64,000 nucleotides of DNA from Vulcanimicrobiota bacterium (GTDB lineage: Bacteria; Vulcanimicrobiota; Vulcanimicrobiia; Vulcanimicrobiales; Vulcanimicrobiaceae): NCBI GenBank assembly GCA_963795465.1, contig CAWCHT010000002.1, positions 405,178 through 469,177 on the forward strand, read 5' to 3'. Both the position numbers and the translations under genes were made by a program. Positions within the stretch are counted from its first letter, which is position 1. Each line of letters opens with the position of its first letter. Below the pieces are notes generated by a model. The model saw only the letters and a list, made by a program, of their open reading frames with translations, did not search any database and was not told the origin of the DNA. This document shows, piece after piece, positions 16,945 through 25,731 of this stretch.

Positions 16945-18607
16945 CGACTGCCTCCCGATACTGCGTTTGCGCGCCGAATACGGCCTTGCGCGAAAGCAAG
17001 AACGGACCGATTGCGAGCGCGTCCAGTGGCGCGGAGCCGAAACATTCGAGCGCGTCGCGCGGATCGTCGACCATCGGTCTGCCCGCGGTGTTGAAACTGG
17101 TATTGATGACCACGGGCGTACCGGTGAGGCGTTCGAATTCACGCAGCATGCGGGCGACCAACGGCTCTTCGAGGGCATCGACCGTTTGCACGCGAGCGGT
17201 TCCGTCGACGTGTACCGCGGCGGCAACGGCCGCGCGCCACTGCGGTTTCACCGCATGGGTGAACAGCATATACGGGCTGGGAAGCTGCCCTTCGAAAATC
17301 TCCGCTGCGCGCTCTTGCAACACCATCGGCGCGAGCGGGCGAAATTGTTCGCGACCTTTGATCGCATTGAGGCGCTCCAGATTTTCAGGATAGCGAGGAT
17401 TGGCGAGCAGGCTGCGATGACCCAAAGCGCGCGGTCCATATTCGCTGCGTCCTTGAAACCAGCCGACGACACCGTCGTCCGCCAAAATGCGCGCTACCGC
17501 GAGCGCGATGTCGTCGGGTCGCTCGTAAGGCAGGTTCGCGGTTTCCAGCCGGCGCTGCAACTGCGCATCGCTCCATTCGCGTCCCAACGCCGCCGTCGTC
17601 ATCGGCCGAACGGCGTCGCCATGTTGCTGCGCAACGAACAGCGCGGCTCCCAGTGAGGTTCCCGCATCGCCGGCAGCGGGCTGAACCCAAACGCGTTCGA
17701 ACGGTCCTTCGCGTGCAAGGCGTGCGTTCGCGACGCAATTGAGCGCGACGCCGCCTGCCATCGTCAGCGCTTTCTGCCCGGTGACGCGATGCAAATAACG
17801 CGTCAGCTCGAGCAACACTTCTTCGAGGCGAAGTTGAACGCTCGCGGCGAGATCGGCATGCGCGCCGACGAATTCCTGATCTTCGCTTCGCTTGGGCGCA
17901 AACCGCGTAAAATCCAGCGGCTCGACTTGGAATGTTCCGCCGGGTTCAATCCGTATCGCTTGCCGCAGCTGGTCGATGTATGCCGGTTTTCCGTACGCGG
18001 CAAGGCCCATGACTTTGTACTCGTCGGAAGAGCGATGGAAACCCAGATGTACGGTGAGTTCTTCATACAAGAGTCCGAGCGAACTGGGCAGCGGCTGCGT
18101 CGCAAGTACGGTAAGCTTTTTATCGCGCACATCTCCCGCCAAATACGAGCCGCATTCGCCTCTACCGTCGGCTACGATGACGGCGCAGTCCGAGTAGGGC
18201 GAGGCCAGATACGCCGAGGCGGCGTGCGCAACATGATGCGGAACGAACTGTATCCGAGCGCCGGCGATTCCGGGAAAAGCAGTTTGAAGAAAACGCGGAG
18301 CGCGCTGCGCGTAGAGGGTTCGCAGCCCTTCCCAGTCGTTTGCCGTAATGTCGGTTGAGGGTTGAGCCGCTTGCCCGGGATCGTAGGAATACGCCACGGC
18401 GTCCACGGCCTCGGGTTGGATTCCCGCCCGCTTCAAACACCAGCGGGCGCTCAGTAATGGTAATTCCCAACTGCTAAAAGGCAAGCACTCCTTTGCGTGC
18501 TTGCGTCGGCTGAAGCGTTCCTCTTCGGCCGCGGCGACAGTCTCGCCATCGATGACCAGCGCTGCAGATGAATCGTGAAAAACCGCATTGATCCCCAGAA
18601 CGACCAT
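16934..18607 (-). CDS. carbamoyltransferase (NodU/CmcH family)
   Basis: MVVLGINAVFHDSSAALVIDGETVAAAEEERFSRRKH...VPHHVAHAASAY...NTSFN. The alternative start at 18658 is possible. Confidence 0.9.
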   Translation of the reverse strand: MVVLGINAVFHDSSAALVIDGETVAAAEEERFSRRKHAKECLPFSSWELPLLSARWCLKRAGIQPEAVDAVAYSYDPGQAAQPSTDITANDWEGLRTLYAQRAPRFLQTAFPGIAGARIQFVPHHVAHAASAYLASPYSDCAVIVADGRGECGSYLAGDVRDKKLTVLATQPLPSSLGLLYEELTVHLGFHRSSDEYKVMGLAAYGKPAYIDQLRQAIRIEPGGTFQVEPLDFTRFAPKRSEDQEFVGAHADLAASVQLRLEEVLLELTRYLHRVTGQKALTMAGGVALNCVANARLAREGPFERVWVQPAAGDAGTSLGAALFVAQQHGDAVRPMTTAALGREWSDAQLQRRLETANLPYERPDDIALAVARILADDGVVGWFQGRSEYGPRALGHRSLLANPRYPENLERLNAIKGREQFRPLAPMVLQERAAEIFEGQLPSPYMLFTHAVKPQWRAAVAAAVHVDGTARVQTVDALEEPLVARMLREFERLTGTPVVINTSFNTAGRPMVDDPRDALECFGSAPLDALAIGPFLLSRKAVFGAQTQYREAVGAL

Positions 18608-18765
18608 CGCTTTGCTGCCCCACTGACAACCTTGGCGTGAAACAATTTTGGAGAGCACGCGCCCTCCAACGTGGCGCTATTTTTTCCGAGAAGTGGAAAC
18701 TTAAACGCTTAGGTTAAAAGGGGGCACTTCACGGTATAGCTGCAGGTAGTAAGGAGGATGAACGA

Positions 18766-19497
18766 ATGACTGTTGCGGCCCCACGATCGACGTTGGATTC
18801 TGCATCGCAAAAGAGCTTGCGTGGAACGTTTGTCGTTACGGGATCCGCGTCGGGGCTTGGAGCGGCCGTCGCGAACGCTATTGGAGCGGCCGGCGGCTCG
18901 CCCGTCGGATTCGACCTCAAGCCGAGCGATGCGCACGTCGAGCACGAGATCGTCGACGTAGCCGACAGCCGCGCCGTCGAGCAGAGCATCGAACGCGTTG
19001 CGCGGCGCCACGGCGGCTTGAACGGCATCGTCGCGAATGCAGGCATCGACGCGTGCGGCAAATTCCAAGACGTTAGCGTAGAAGATTGGGAGCGCGTCAT
19101 TCGGGTGAACCTCATGGGAACCGCTGCCTTAGTGCGCGCGGCGCTGCCGCATTTGTTGCAAAGCCGCGGACGCATCGTGACGGTCGCTTCGACGTTGGGT
19201 CTGCGAGCGCTCAGCGATGCAACGGCCTATTGCGCGAGCAAATTCGGAGTGGTCGGCTTTACGCGAGCGCTCTCGACCGAGCTGGCTGGAAAAGTAGGCG
19301 TTACGCTGTTGATTCCGGGCGGCATGCGAACGCAGTTCTTCGAAGGACGCGACGAGCAATACAAACCTTCGCCGCAAGCCAAGCTCAACGACCCGCAGGA
19401 CGTAGCGCAAGCGGTCGTGTTCGCGCTCTCTCAGCCCGACGGCTGCGAGGTGCGCGAACTGCTCATCTGTCCGTCTACCGAAACGTCTTGGCCGTAA
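18766..19497 (+). CDS. SDR family oxidoreductase
   Basis: TGSASGLGAAVA (TGxxxGxG), NAG, and the catalytic Y-x3-K (YCASK). An AAGGAGG RBS lies upstream. Confidence 0.88.
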   Translation: MTVAAPRSTLDSASQKSLRGTFVVTGSASGLGAAVANAIGAAGGSPVGFDLKPSDAHVEHEIVDVADSRAVEQSIERVARRHGGLNGIVANAGIDACGKFQDVSVEDWERVIRVNLMGTAALVRAALPHLLQSRGRIVTVASTLGLRALSDATAYCASKFGVVGFTRALSTELAGKVGVTLLIPGGMRTQFFEGRDEQYKPSPQAKLNDPQDVAQAVVFALSQPDGCEVRELLICPSTETSWP

Positions 19498-19504
19498 CCG
19501 CGAA

Positions 19505-20512
19505 TCAACGGGCGGCGAGCAACTGTTCCATCGTGCACTGCGCCGGATTTTTGTCCGGTCGCCAGCGCACAAACCGCGCGCCATGGCGAAAGCGCGTTCC
19601 GGTGACGTGATCGAATTGAACCTCGACCACGACGCGCGATTGAACCGGATACCACTGCGCATCGCGCGTTCCCCATCGGCTTACGCCTCCGGGCCGTGCA
19701 CCGGTAAAGCCCGGTTCGGCGACCAGCGGTTTGAGCATCTGCGCGGCGCGTTCCCGTTCGGCTTGCGTTAGGCTGCCGATGAACCCGACCAGATGCAACA
19801 GGTTGGCGTCGTCGTACAAACCCAGCAGCAGCGAAGCGATCGTCGAGGTGTCTTTGGTCAAACGAAAACCCCCGACGACGCAGTCCGCCGTGTGCACGCG
19901 TTTGATCTTTACGACCGCATCGCGTTCGCCGAAACGATACGCCGATTCGGATCGCTTCGCGATGACGCCGTCGAACCATCGCGCACCCTTAGCGAGCCAG
20001 CTCTCCGCCTGAATTGGATTCTGCGTCGCCGGAGAGAGCGCAACGCCGCAGCCCTGCGAAAGTTGTTCGGCTGAAAAATCTTCTAAAGCGCCGCGTCTGC
20101 GCTCGAGCGGGCGTTCAAAGATGGAGTGCGAGCCCTCAACGAGCAAGTCGAAAACGTAGTACCCGGCGGGCGTCTCTACCGAAAGTTTGCGAATGCGCGA
20201 TGCAGCGGGATGAATGCGTTGCAGCAGCGCATCGAAGTCGAGCCGCTCGTCTCTTTGGACGGCAAGTTCGCCGTCGAGAACGAATTGTTGCGCGCGAAAC
20301 GATTGCAGCGCAGCGACGATCTCGGGAAAGTACCGCTCGAGCGGCTGTCCCGATTTGGATTGCAGCATGACGTCTGGGCCGTCACGAAAGGCAATGCAGC
20401 GAAAACCATCCCATTTTGGTTCGTACAGCCAGCCCGCATCGGCTGGTATCCGATGCACGCTGCGCGCTTCCATGGGTTCCACCGGCGGCTTGAGCGGCAA
20501 GTTTTCGAACAC
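19505..20512 (-). CDS. ATP-dependent DNA ligase (LigD ligase-domain type)
   Basis: The adenylation motif is YEPKWDGFRCIAF, and OB-fold region motifs are present. Confidence 0.88.
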   Translation of the reverse strand: MFENLPLKPPVEPMEARSVHRIPADAGWLYEPKWDGFRCIAFRDGPDVMLQSKSGQPLERYFPEIVAALQSFRAQQFVLDGELAVQRDERLDFDALLQRIHPAASRIRKLSVETPAGYYVFDLLVEGSHSIFERPLERRRGALEDFSAEQLSQGCGVALSPATQNPIQAESWLAKGARWFDGVIAKRSESAYRFGERDAVVKIKRVHTADCVVGGFRLTKDTSTIASLLLGLYDDANLLHLVGFIGSLTQAERERAAQMLKPLVAEPGFTGARPGGVSRWGTRDAQWYPVQSRVVVEVQFDHVTGTRFRHGARFVRWRPDKNPAQCTMEQLLAAR

Positions 20513-20519
20513 GGGCGGC

Positions 20520-21459
20520 TTACAACTGCGCTCGGCTCAGCAAAGCTTCGAGATCGAAGCGGCCGCGTTTTGCCGCTAGCGGCGCCCACAGATCGCCGGC
20601 AGTTTTCAAGCGTTGCTGCATGTTGCGCACGGTAAAATCTTCAATTGCGATGCCACGCTCCACTTCTTGCCACGTCACGGGCGCTGAAACGGTGGCCGTG
20701 GGGGTCGGTCGCGCGGAGTAAACGGACGCAAGCGTCGAGCCCCAGCGGTTTTGATTGTAATCGACGAGCACACGCCCGGGCGGCCGCTTTTCTTTTTTAT
20801 ACTCGGCGGTCATGAGACTCCGGGTCGTGTTTGGACATCGCCTGCGCAAAGGATTTCGCAAAGGTCCACACCTGCTTTTGCAGCGGGCCGCGCACGATTG
20901 GGACGTACACGTGGATGCCTTTGGACCCCGATGTTTTGGCGTAGCTCGTCATGCCGAATGCTTTCAAGCCGTCACGAACCAGTAGGGCCGCCTCGCGAAC
21001 GTTCTCGAACGGCGCCGAGCCCGGATCGAGATCGAAGTGCAGATAATCCGGACGATTCACGTCGTCGCAGGTGGCATACCACTGGTTCAAGTCGATGCAT
21101 CCCAGATTGACGATCCACAGCAGCGCCGGCAAGTCGTCGACGATTGGAAAATCGATGACGTTCCCGGATCGGTGTTCGATCCGGCACGTGCGCAGCCACT
21201 CCGGATGCGGCGAGGGTGTGCGTTTCATGAAGAAAAACTCGCCGGACGCGCCGTTCGGGTAACGCTTCATCACCATCGCGCGACCGCGTAGATGCGGCAA
21301 GAGCGGGGTCGCGACCGACGCGTAATACTCCAGCAGGTCGCGCTTGGTAAGGCCGATCTCCGGCCAAAACACTTTGTCGAGGTTGGTCACTTGGAGGCGC
21401 TTATCGCCGATCTCAATCGTTCCGCCGTTGGTTCGCGGGATCGTAGCGCTTGCAGTCAT
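20520..21459 (-). pseudogene. LigD polymerase/primase domain protein (NHEJ), frameshifted near 20817
   Basis: LQVTNLDKVFWPE...MKRYPNG...HFDLDPG...KTSGSKGIHVYVP is in the frame of ORF 20797..21567. The C-terminus MTAEYKKEKRPPGRVLVDYNQNRWGSTLASVYSARP is in the frame of ORF 20520..20861. The span is 940 nt (3n+1). Confidence 0.8.
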
Positions 21460-22097
21460 CGGGTAAGATAGCGCAGGAACCATTCGCGCGCTAAACGAGC
21501 CACGCTCTCCAGCGCTTGCGGTTCTTCGAACAAATGGCCGGCGCCGGGAATGATAGCGATTTCGCACGGAGCGTTGCGCACTTGCGCTGCCGCTTTGCGA
21601 TTCAGGTCGAGTACGACGGGATCGCGCTCGCCCACGATGAGCAACGTTGCACTGCGCACGTGTGGCAATGCCGTTTCGGCGAGATCCGGACGGCCCCCGC
21701 GTGAAACGACCGCCGCTATATCATCGCGAGCGCCGGCGGCCAGCAGCGCAGCCGCCGCCCCCGTGCTCGCGCCGAAGTATGCGGGGGGCAACAATGAAAG
21801 GCGCGCGTCCTCGCGCGTCCATTGTGTAGCCAGCTCGACGCGGCGCGCGAGCAGTGGAATATCGAAGCGCAATGCGCCGGTGCGCACGTCGTGCTCCTCT
21901 TCCGCATCGCTGAGCAGATCGAGCAGCAGCGTCGCAAAACCATGCTCGTTGAGCGCCTTGGCCACCAGGCGATTGCGCGGACTGCGCCGGCTGCTGCCGC
22001 TGCCATGCGCAAAAATGACGAGGCCGTGCGCCGCGGTAGGCCGCGCGAGCGTCGCTCCAAGCTTTTCGCCGTCGATCGGCAACGCAAGCTCAGCCAC
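21456..22097 (-). CDS. dienelactone hydrolase family (alpha/beta hydrolase)
   Basis: Motifs VIFAHGSGSSRRSPRN...FGASTGAAAAL...GAGHLFEE. Confidence 0.82.
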   Translation of the reverse strand: MAELALPIDGEKLGATLARPTAAHGLVIFAHGSGSSRRSPRNRLVAKALNEHGFATLLLDLLSDAEEEHDVRTGALRFDIPLLARRVELATQWTREDARLSLLPPAYFGASTGAAAALLAAGARDDIAAVVSRGGRPDLAETALPHVRSATLLIVGERDPVVLDLNRKAAAQVRNAPCEIAIIPGAGHLFEEPQALESVARLAREWFLRYLTR

Positions 22098-22716
22098 GAA
22101 TCATCTCGCGCACTTCTTCGTCGCTGATCTGCGTAAAATCGAGGTACCATGCTCCGACGCCCCGGAAAGGAACCGGCGTTGCCAAAGAAACGACTTGATC
22201 GGCAAAACGCTGCAACTGCTCGACGGTCTCCGCAGGCGCAACCGGGACGGCAACGACGATTCGCGCGGGCCCCCGCTCGCGCAGCGCAACGATCGCTGCG
22301 TTCATCGTCGAGCCGGTCGCCAGCCCGTCGTCGACCAGCAACACCGTGCGTTGCGCGACGTCGTGTGCGGGCATTCCGGCCCGATACAGGTCTTCGCGGC
22401 GAAGAAGCTCGCGTTCTTCACGCTGAACGATCGCTGCCAGCGTTCGATCGTCCACGCCGAGTTCGTCGAGCAACTCGCGATTGAGCACGCGTACGCCGCC
22501 GGACGCGATCGCGCCGAGGGCCAGTTCTTCGCGGCCCGGCGCGCCCAATTTGCGAACGATGAAGACGTCCAGCGGCACGCCCAAGGCGAGCGCGACCTCA
22601 CGCGCGACGGGCACGCCGCCGCGTGGTAACGCGAGCACGCGGGTCTGCGGTCCGTTGAACGCGGAAAGCTTGCCCGCGAGCTGCTTTCCGGCATCCGAAC
22701 GGTTGGCAAAAATCAC
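22090..22716 (-). CDS. phosphoribosyltransferase family protein
   Basis: (V)IFANRSDAGKQLAGKL...ALPRGGVPVA...VLLVDDGLATGSTM (PRPP loop). The start is GTG at 22716; an ATG at 22761 is the alternative. The ORF-track extension to 23055 is unlikely. Confidence 0.8.
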   Translation of the reverse strand: MIFANRSDAGKQLAGKLSAFNGPQTRVLALPRGGVPVAREVALALGVPLDVFIVRKLGAPGREELALGAIASGGVRVLNRELLDELGVDDRTLAAIVQREERELLRREDLYRAGMPAHDVAQRTVLLVDDGLATGSTMNAAIVALRERGPARIVVAVPVAPAETVEQLQRFADQVVSLATPVPFRGVGAWYLDFTQISDEEVREMIRG

Positions 22717-22765
22717 GCTGCACAACGGTTTTCCCGGTGCCGCACTCGGGGAAACAACCATCGAT

Positions 22766-23128
22766 ATGATGGCCGCCGGACTGCTCGAAGCGCTCGAGGA
22801 ACACTTGGATGCGATCTCCGAGCGCGATATCGATCGGTTTTCCGAAACGTTGGCCCGGGACGAGACCAGGTTCGTCGGCGGTGACGGCCGGATCATAGAA
22901 GGCAAGGAAAATATCGTCGCCGCGCATCGCAGCTGGTTCATGGCCGACGGTTGGACGTTCGCGCCCGAGATCGTCTGGGTCCGAGAAGAATCTGGTGCCG
23001 GCTGGGCGCTGACACACGTGCAGTACACCGAAAACGGCAGCCCTCGAGCATTCAATCTGTTGCTGCTTTTCGTTCAGGAAGACGGCGCCTGGAAGCTGGT
23101 CTACGATCAAAACACACCCATAACTTAA
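22766..23128 (+). CDS. SnoaL-like/DUF4440 (NTF2-fold) protein
   Basis: MMAAGLLEALEEHLDAISERDIDRFSETLA...WKLVYDQNTPI, the typical NTF2-like pattern. It is divergent from the PRT gene. Confidence 0.65.
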   Translation: MMAAGLLEALEEHLDAISERDIDRFSETLARDETRFVGGDGRIIEGKENIVAAHRSWFMADGWTFAPEIVWVREESGAGWALTHVQYTENGSPRAFNLLLLFVQEDGAWKLVYDQNTPIT

Positions 23129-23140
23129 AGGTAGAATTCA

Positions 23141-24310
23141 ATGAAAGCGGTTGTTTTTCGCGGCGTGGGCGATATTGCGCTCGACGACGTGCCTGAACCA
23201 AAACTCTTGAATGATGACGATGCGATCATCCAGCTGACCGCCAGTGCGATCTGCGGGACGGATCTGCATTTCATTCGCGGTTCCATGCCCCCGCTCGAGA
23301 AAGGCAAAATCCTCGGGCACGAGGGCATCGGTATCGTTCGCGAAGTCGGCAAGAACGTACGTAACCTCGCGCCGGGCGATCGCGTGGTCGTAGGATCGAC
23401 AATTGCGTGCGGCTACTGCAGCTATTGCCGCGCCTCGTATTACTCCAAATGCGATAACGCCAATCCGCTTGGTCCGCAAAATACCGCGTTTTACGGCGGC
23501 CCCAAACAAGCCGGCCCATTCGACGGGCTGCAAGCCGAATATGCGCGAATTCCGTTCGCAAGTACCAACGCGATCAAACTTCCGGACGAAGTTGCGGACG
23601 ACGATGCGATTCTGCTTTCAGACATCATGCCGACGGCGTACTTTGCCGCCGATATGGCAGGTATCAAACCGGGGAAAACCGTGGCGGTACTGGGGTGCGG
23701 CCCGGTCGGGCAGATGGCAATTGCCTGCGCGAAGCTCATGGACGCCGGCCGCATTTTTGCCGCCGACGGCGAACCGGATCGCTTGCAGATCGCGCGCAAA
23801 CAAGGTGCCGAGGTCATCGACTTCACCAAAGCCGATCCGCCGGAAGTCATCAAGGAATTGACCGGCGGAATAGGTGTTGACTGCGTCATCGATTGCGTGG
23901 GGGTCGACGCCGACGATCATCGGCGCGGACATAAAAAGTGGCAAGCCGGCAATGCGCCGCAGATGCCGCTCGCCGGAGCGATCGAAATGGTTGCTAAAGC
24001 CGGCACGATCTCGATTGTGGGCCTGTATCCCGAAGGCTTCAAAGACTTCGATTTGGGCAAAGCGTTCGGTAAAAATTTGACCGTGCGCATGGGTGATTGT
24101 CCGCATCGACGATACTTGCCCATGCTCGTGCGTTTGGTCGCCTCGGGCGTGCTCCACCCTTCCCGGATTTTGACCAAACGTCTGCCGTTCGCCGATGCCG
24201 TCAGCGCATACGAGGCGTTCGACACGCATGAAGCGGGCTGGCTCAAAGTGGAGTTATTGCCAAGTACGAAGAGTATCGAAACCAGCCGTGGTGAGGTAGT
24301 AACCGCTTGA
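23141..24310 (+). CDS. zinc-dependent alcohol/formaldehyde dehydrogenase family
   Basis: Motifs CGTDLHFIRG, GHEGIGIV, CGYCSYCRASYYSKC (structural Zn) and GCGPVGQ (NAD). Confidence 0.9.
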   Translation: MKAVVFRGVGDIALDDVPEPKLLNDDDAIIQLTASAICGTDLHFIRGSMPPLEKGKILGHEGIGIVREVGKNVRNLAPGDRVVVGSTIACGYCSYCRASYYSKCDNANPLGPQNTAFYGGPKQAGPFDGLQAEYARIPFASTNAIKLPDEVADDDAILLSDIMPTAYFAADMAGIKPGKTVAVLGCGPVGQMAIACAKLMDAGRIFAADGEPDRLQIARKQGAEVIDFTKADPPEVIKELTGGIGVDCVIDCVGVDADDHRRGHKKWQAGNAPQMPLAGAIEMVAKAGTISIVGLYPEGFKDFDLGKAFGKNLTVRMGDCPHRRYLPMLVRLVASGVLHPSRILTKRLPFADAVSAYEAFDTHEAGWLKVELLPSTKSIETSRGEVVTA

Positions 24311-24372
24311 CGGCGGTGAGCGCTTGCGGGCGCTGGGTATGAAGTGCATCGGAAGTCTTACACGATGAAGGG

Positions 24373-24813
24373 ATGGATATGGCGGTAAGTTTGGAGGCCG
24401 GAAACACACTGCTGAAACGTTCGCAAACGATGGTCGGGCAAGCGGTAGACCGCGGGACCGATCTGCTGGCTGATCGTATGGAACACTACACTAACGTTGC
24501 TCGCGAAATAGGCGACATCCTACGCGACCGCGGCGAGCCGGCCGCTGCGGATTTCATTCAAACGCTTTCCACGCGGGGCACAACAGTGGCGCGCTATCTT
24601 CGCAATAGCGACGGCGCGCAAATGTGGAGCGACGCGCAGGAACTTGCGCGCGGCCGGACCTGGCTCTTGACGGGCGTCGGCTTCGTGGGCGGCTTGGCTT
24701 TGGCACGCGCGGTACGCACCGCAACGGGCGACCATGCGTGGGAGCAAGAGTCGACCTACGTTGATTCTTACGCGCAGCCGTACGGCACGCAAACCGGAGA
24801 GTACGGAACGTGA
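24373..24813 (+). CDS. hypothetical membrane-associated protein
   Basis: 146 aa with one predicted TM (WLLTGVGFVGGLALARAV). It is the first gene of a coupled triad. Confidence 0.5.
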   Translation: MDMAVSLEAGNTLLKRSQTMVGQAVDRGTDLLADRMEHYTNVAREIGDILRDRGEPAAADFIQTLSTRGTTVARYLRNSDGAQMWSDAQELARGRTWLLTGVGFVGGLALARAVRTATGDHAWEQESTYVDSYAQPYGTQTGEYGT

Positions 24814-25208
24814 ACGAACAGCGAGAGTCGCTGCCCGACGCCCTGGCCCACCTGGGGAAAGACCTGAGCGATCTCGTGCACGCCGAACTCGCGCTTTTCA
24901 AACAAGAGGCGGCGCAGCAGTTCAGCGGCCTTGCGATCGCGGGGGTTTGGGTCGCAGGCGGCGCGGTCATGGGCCTCGCATTCCTGGGTGCGTTCACGGC
25001 CTTTCTCATCATGGTTATCTCGTTGGTGCTGGTGCCATGGCTGGCAGCGCTGGTCGTAACCGTTGCGTGGGGCTTTGTCGCGGGCTCGTTAATCGCGGCG
25101 GCACTCATGAAAGTACGAGCAACACTTCCACTAGAATTCGATAAAACGGCGCGTAGCGTGAAGGAGGACGTAGAATGGATCAAGAGCGGAATCAAGTCCG
25201 CCAAGTAG
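24810..25208 (+). CDS. phage-holin-family / 'actinobacterial holin-X' type membrane protein
   Basis: LSDLVHAELALFKQEA followed by two TM helices, the pattern of the Phage_holin_3_6 family. Confidence 0.6.
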   Translation: MNEQRESLPDALAHLGKDLSDLVHAELALFKQEAAQQFSGLAIAGVWVAGGAVMGLAFLGAFTAFLIMVISLVLVPWLAALVVTVAWGFVAGSLIAAALMKVRATLPLEFDKTARSVKEDVEWIKSGIKSAK

Positions 25209-25696
25209 AAGAGGCACGCGAACGCGTCGCCCAAGACGTGCGATCGGTGGCGGAAAACGCCAACGTCGTGCAACGCACGAAGGAAACGGTTCAAAGCAGG
25301 GTCGACGACGCGAAGAGCACGGTTACGGACAAAGTCCGCGGTGCTCGCGACCGTCTGCAAAGCGCCAAAGATACCGTGCAGAGCTCGGTGAGCGGCGTTG
25401 CGGGAAACGCTGCAAGTAACATCACGAACATGAATCCGACGGAAAATCCGATCGGTATGCTGCTCGGCGGTCTGGCCATCGGCTTTCTGATCGGACTCGT
25501 TTTACCGGTAACGCGTTTCGAGTCGGAGCGGATCGGCCCGATCACCGACGACATGAAAGATCGCATGCGCCAAACGGGCGCCGAAGTAATGCGTCGCGGC
25601 ACCGAAGTCATCAAAGAAACCATCGACGCCGGCCGCGAAGCCGCAACGAATTCGCTGCGCGAACAAGCGCGCGACATGGGGATGAATCAGGAGTAA
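25175..25696 (+). CDS. DUF3618-like protein
   Basis: Long helical N-terminus, one TM (IGMLLGGLAIGFLIGLVLP), and a C-terminal helical tail. Confidence 0.55.
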   Translation: MDQERNQVRQVEEARERVAQDVRSVAENANVVQRTKETVQSRVDDAKSTVTDKVRGARDRLQSAKDTVQSSVSGVAGNAASNITNMNPTENPIGMLLGGLAIGFLIGLVLPVTRFESERIGPITDDMKDRMRQTGAEVMRRGTEVIKETIDAGREAATNSLREQARDMGMNQE

Positions 25697-25700
25697 AGGC

Positions 25701-25731
25701 AAAGGGCGCCGTCAGGCGCCCGCCCCTTTTT
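25701..25731 (+). terminator. putative intrinsic terminator (hairpin plus T-run), overlapping the 3' end of the convergent crp-like gene
   Basis: aaaGGGCGCCgtcaGGCGCCCgcccctttttc immediately after the stop at 25696. Confidence 0.5.

Noticed and set aside
16945-17226. The N-terminal extension of the GT2 ORF 16021..17226, and similarly 16025..16264 for gmhB and 43004..43372 for SCO1.
   Set aside because: The extensions overlap the 3' ends of upstream genes in another frame and lack family motifs. Internal starts placed at the stop/start overlaps give proteins of canonical length.
19505-21459. A complete NHEJ locus with Ku.
   Set aside because: No Ku-like ORF is in the window. Only the polymerase and ligase modules can be supported.
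24810-25208. The holin-family gene as evidence of a prophage lysis cassette.
   Set aside because: There is no endolysin, spanin, terminase, capsid or integrase gene in the surrounding roughly 10 kb. The neighbours are ordinary chromosomal genes.
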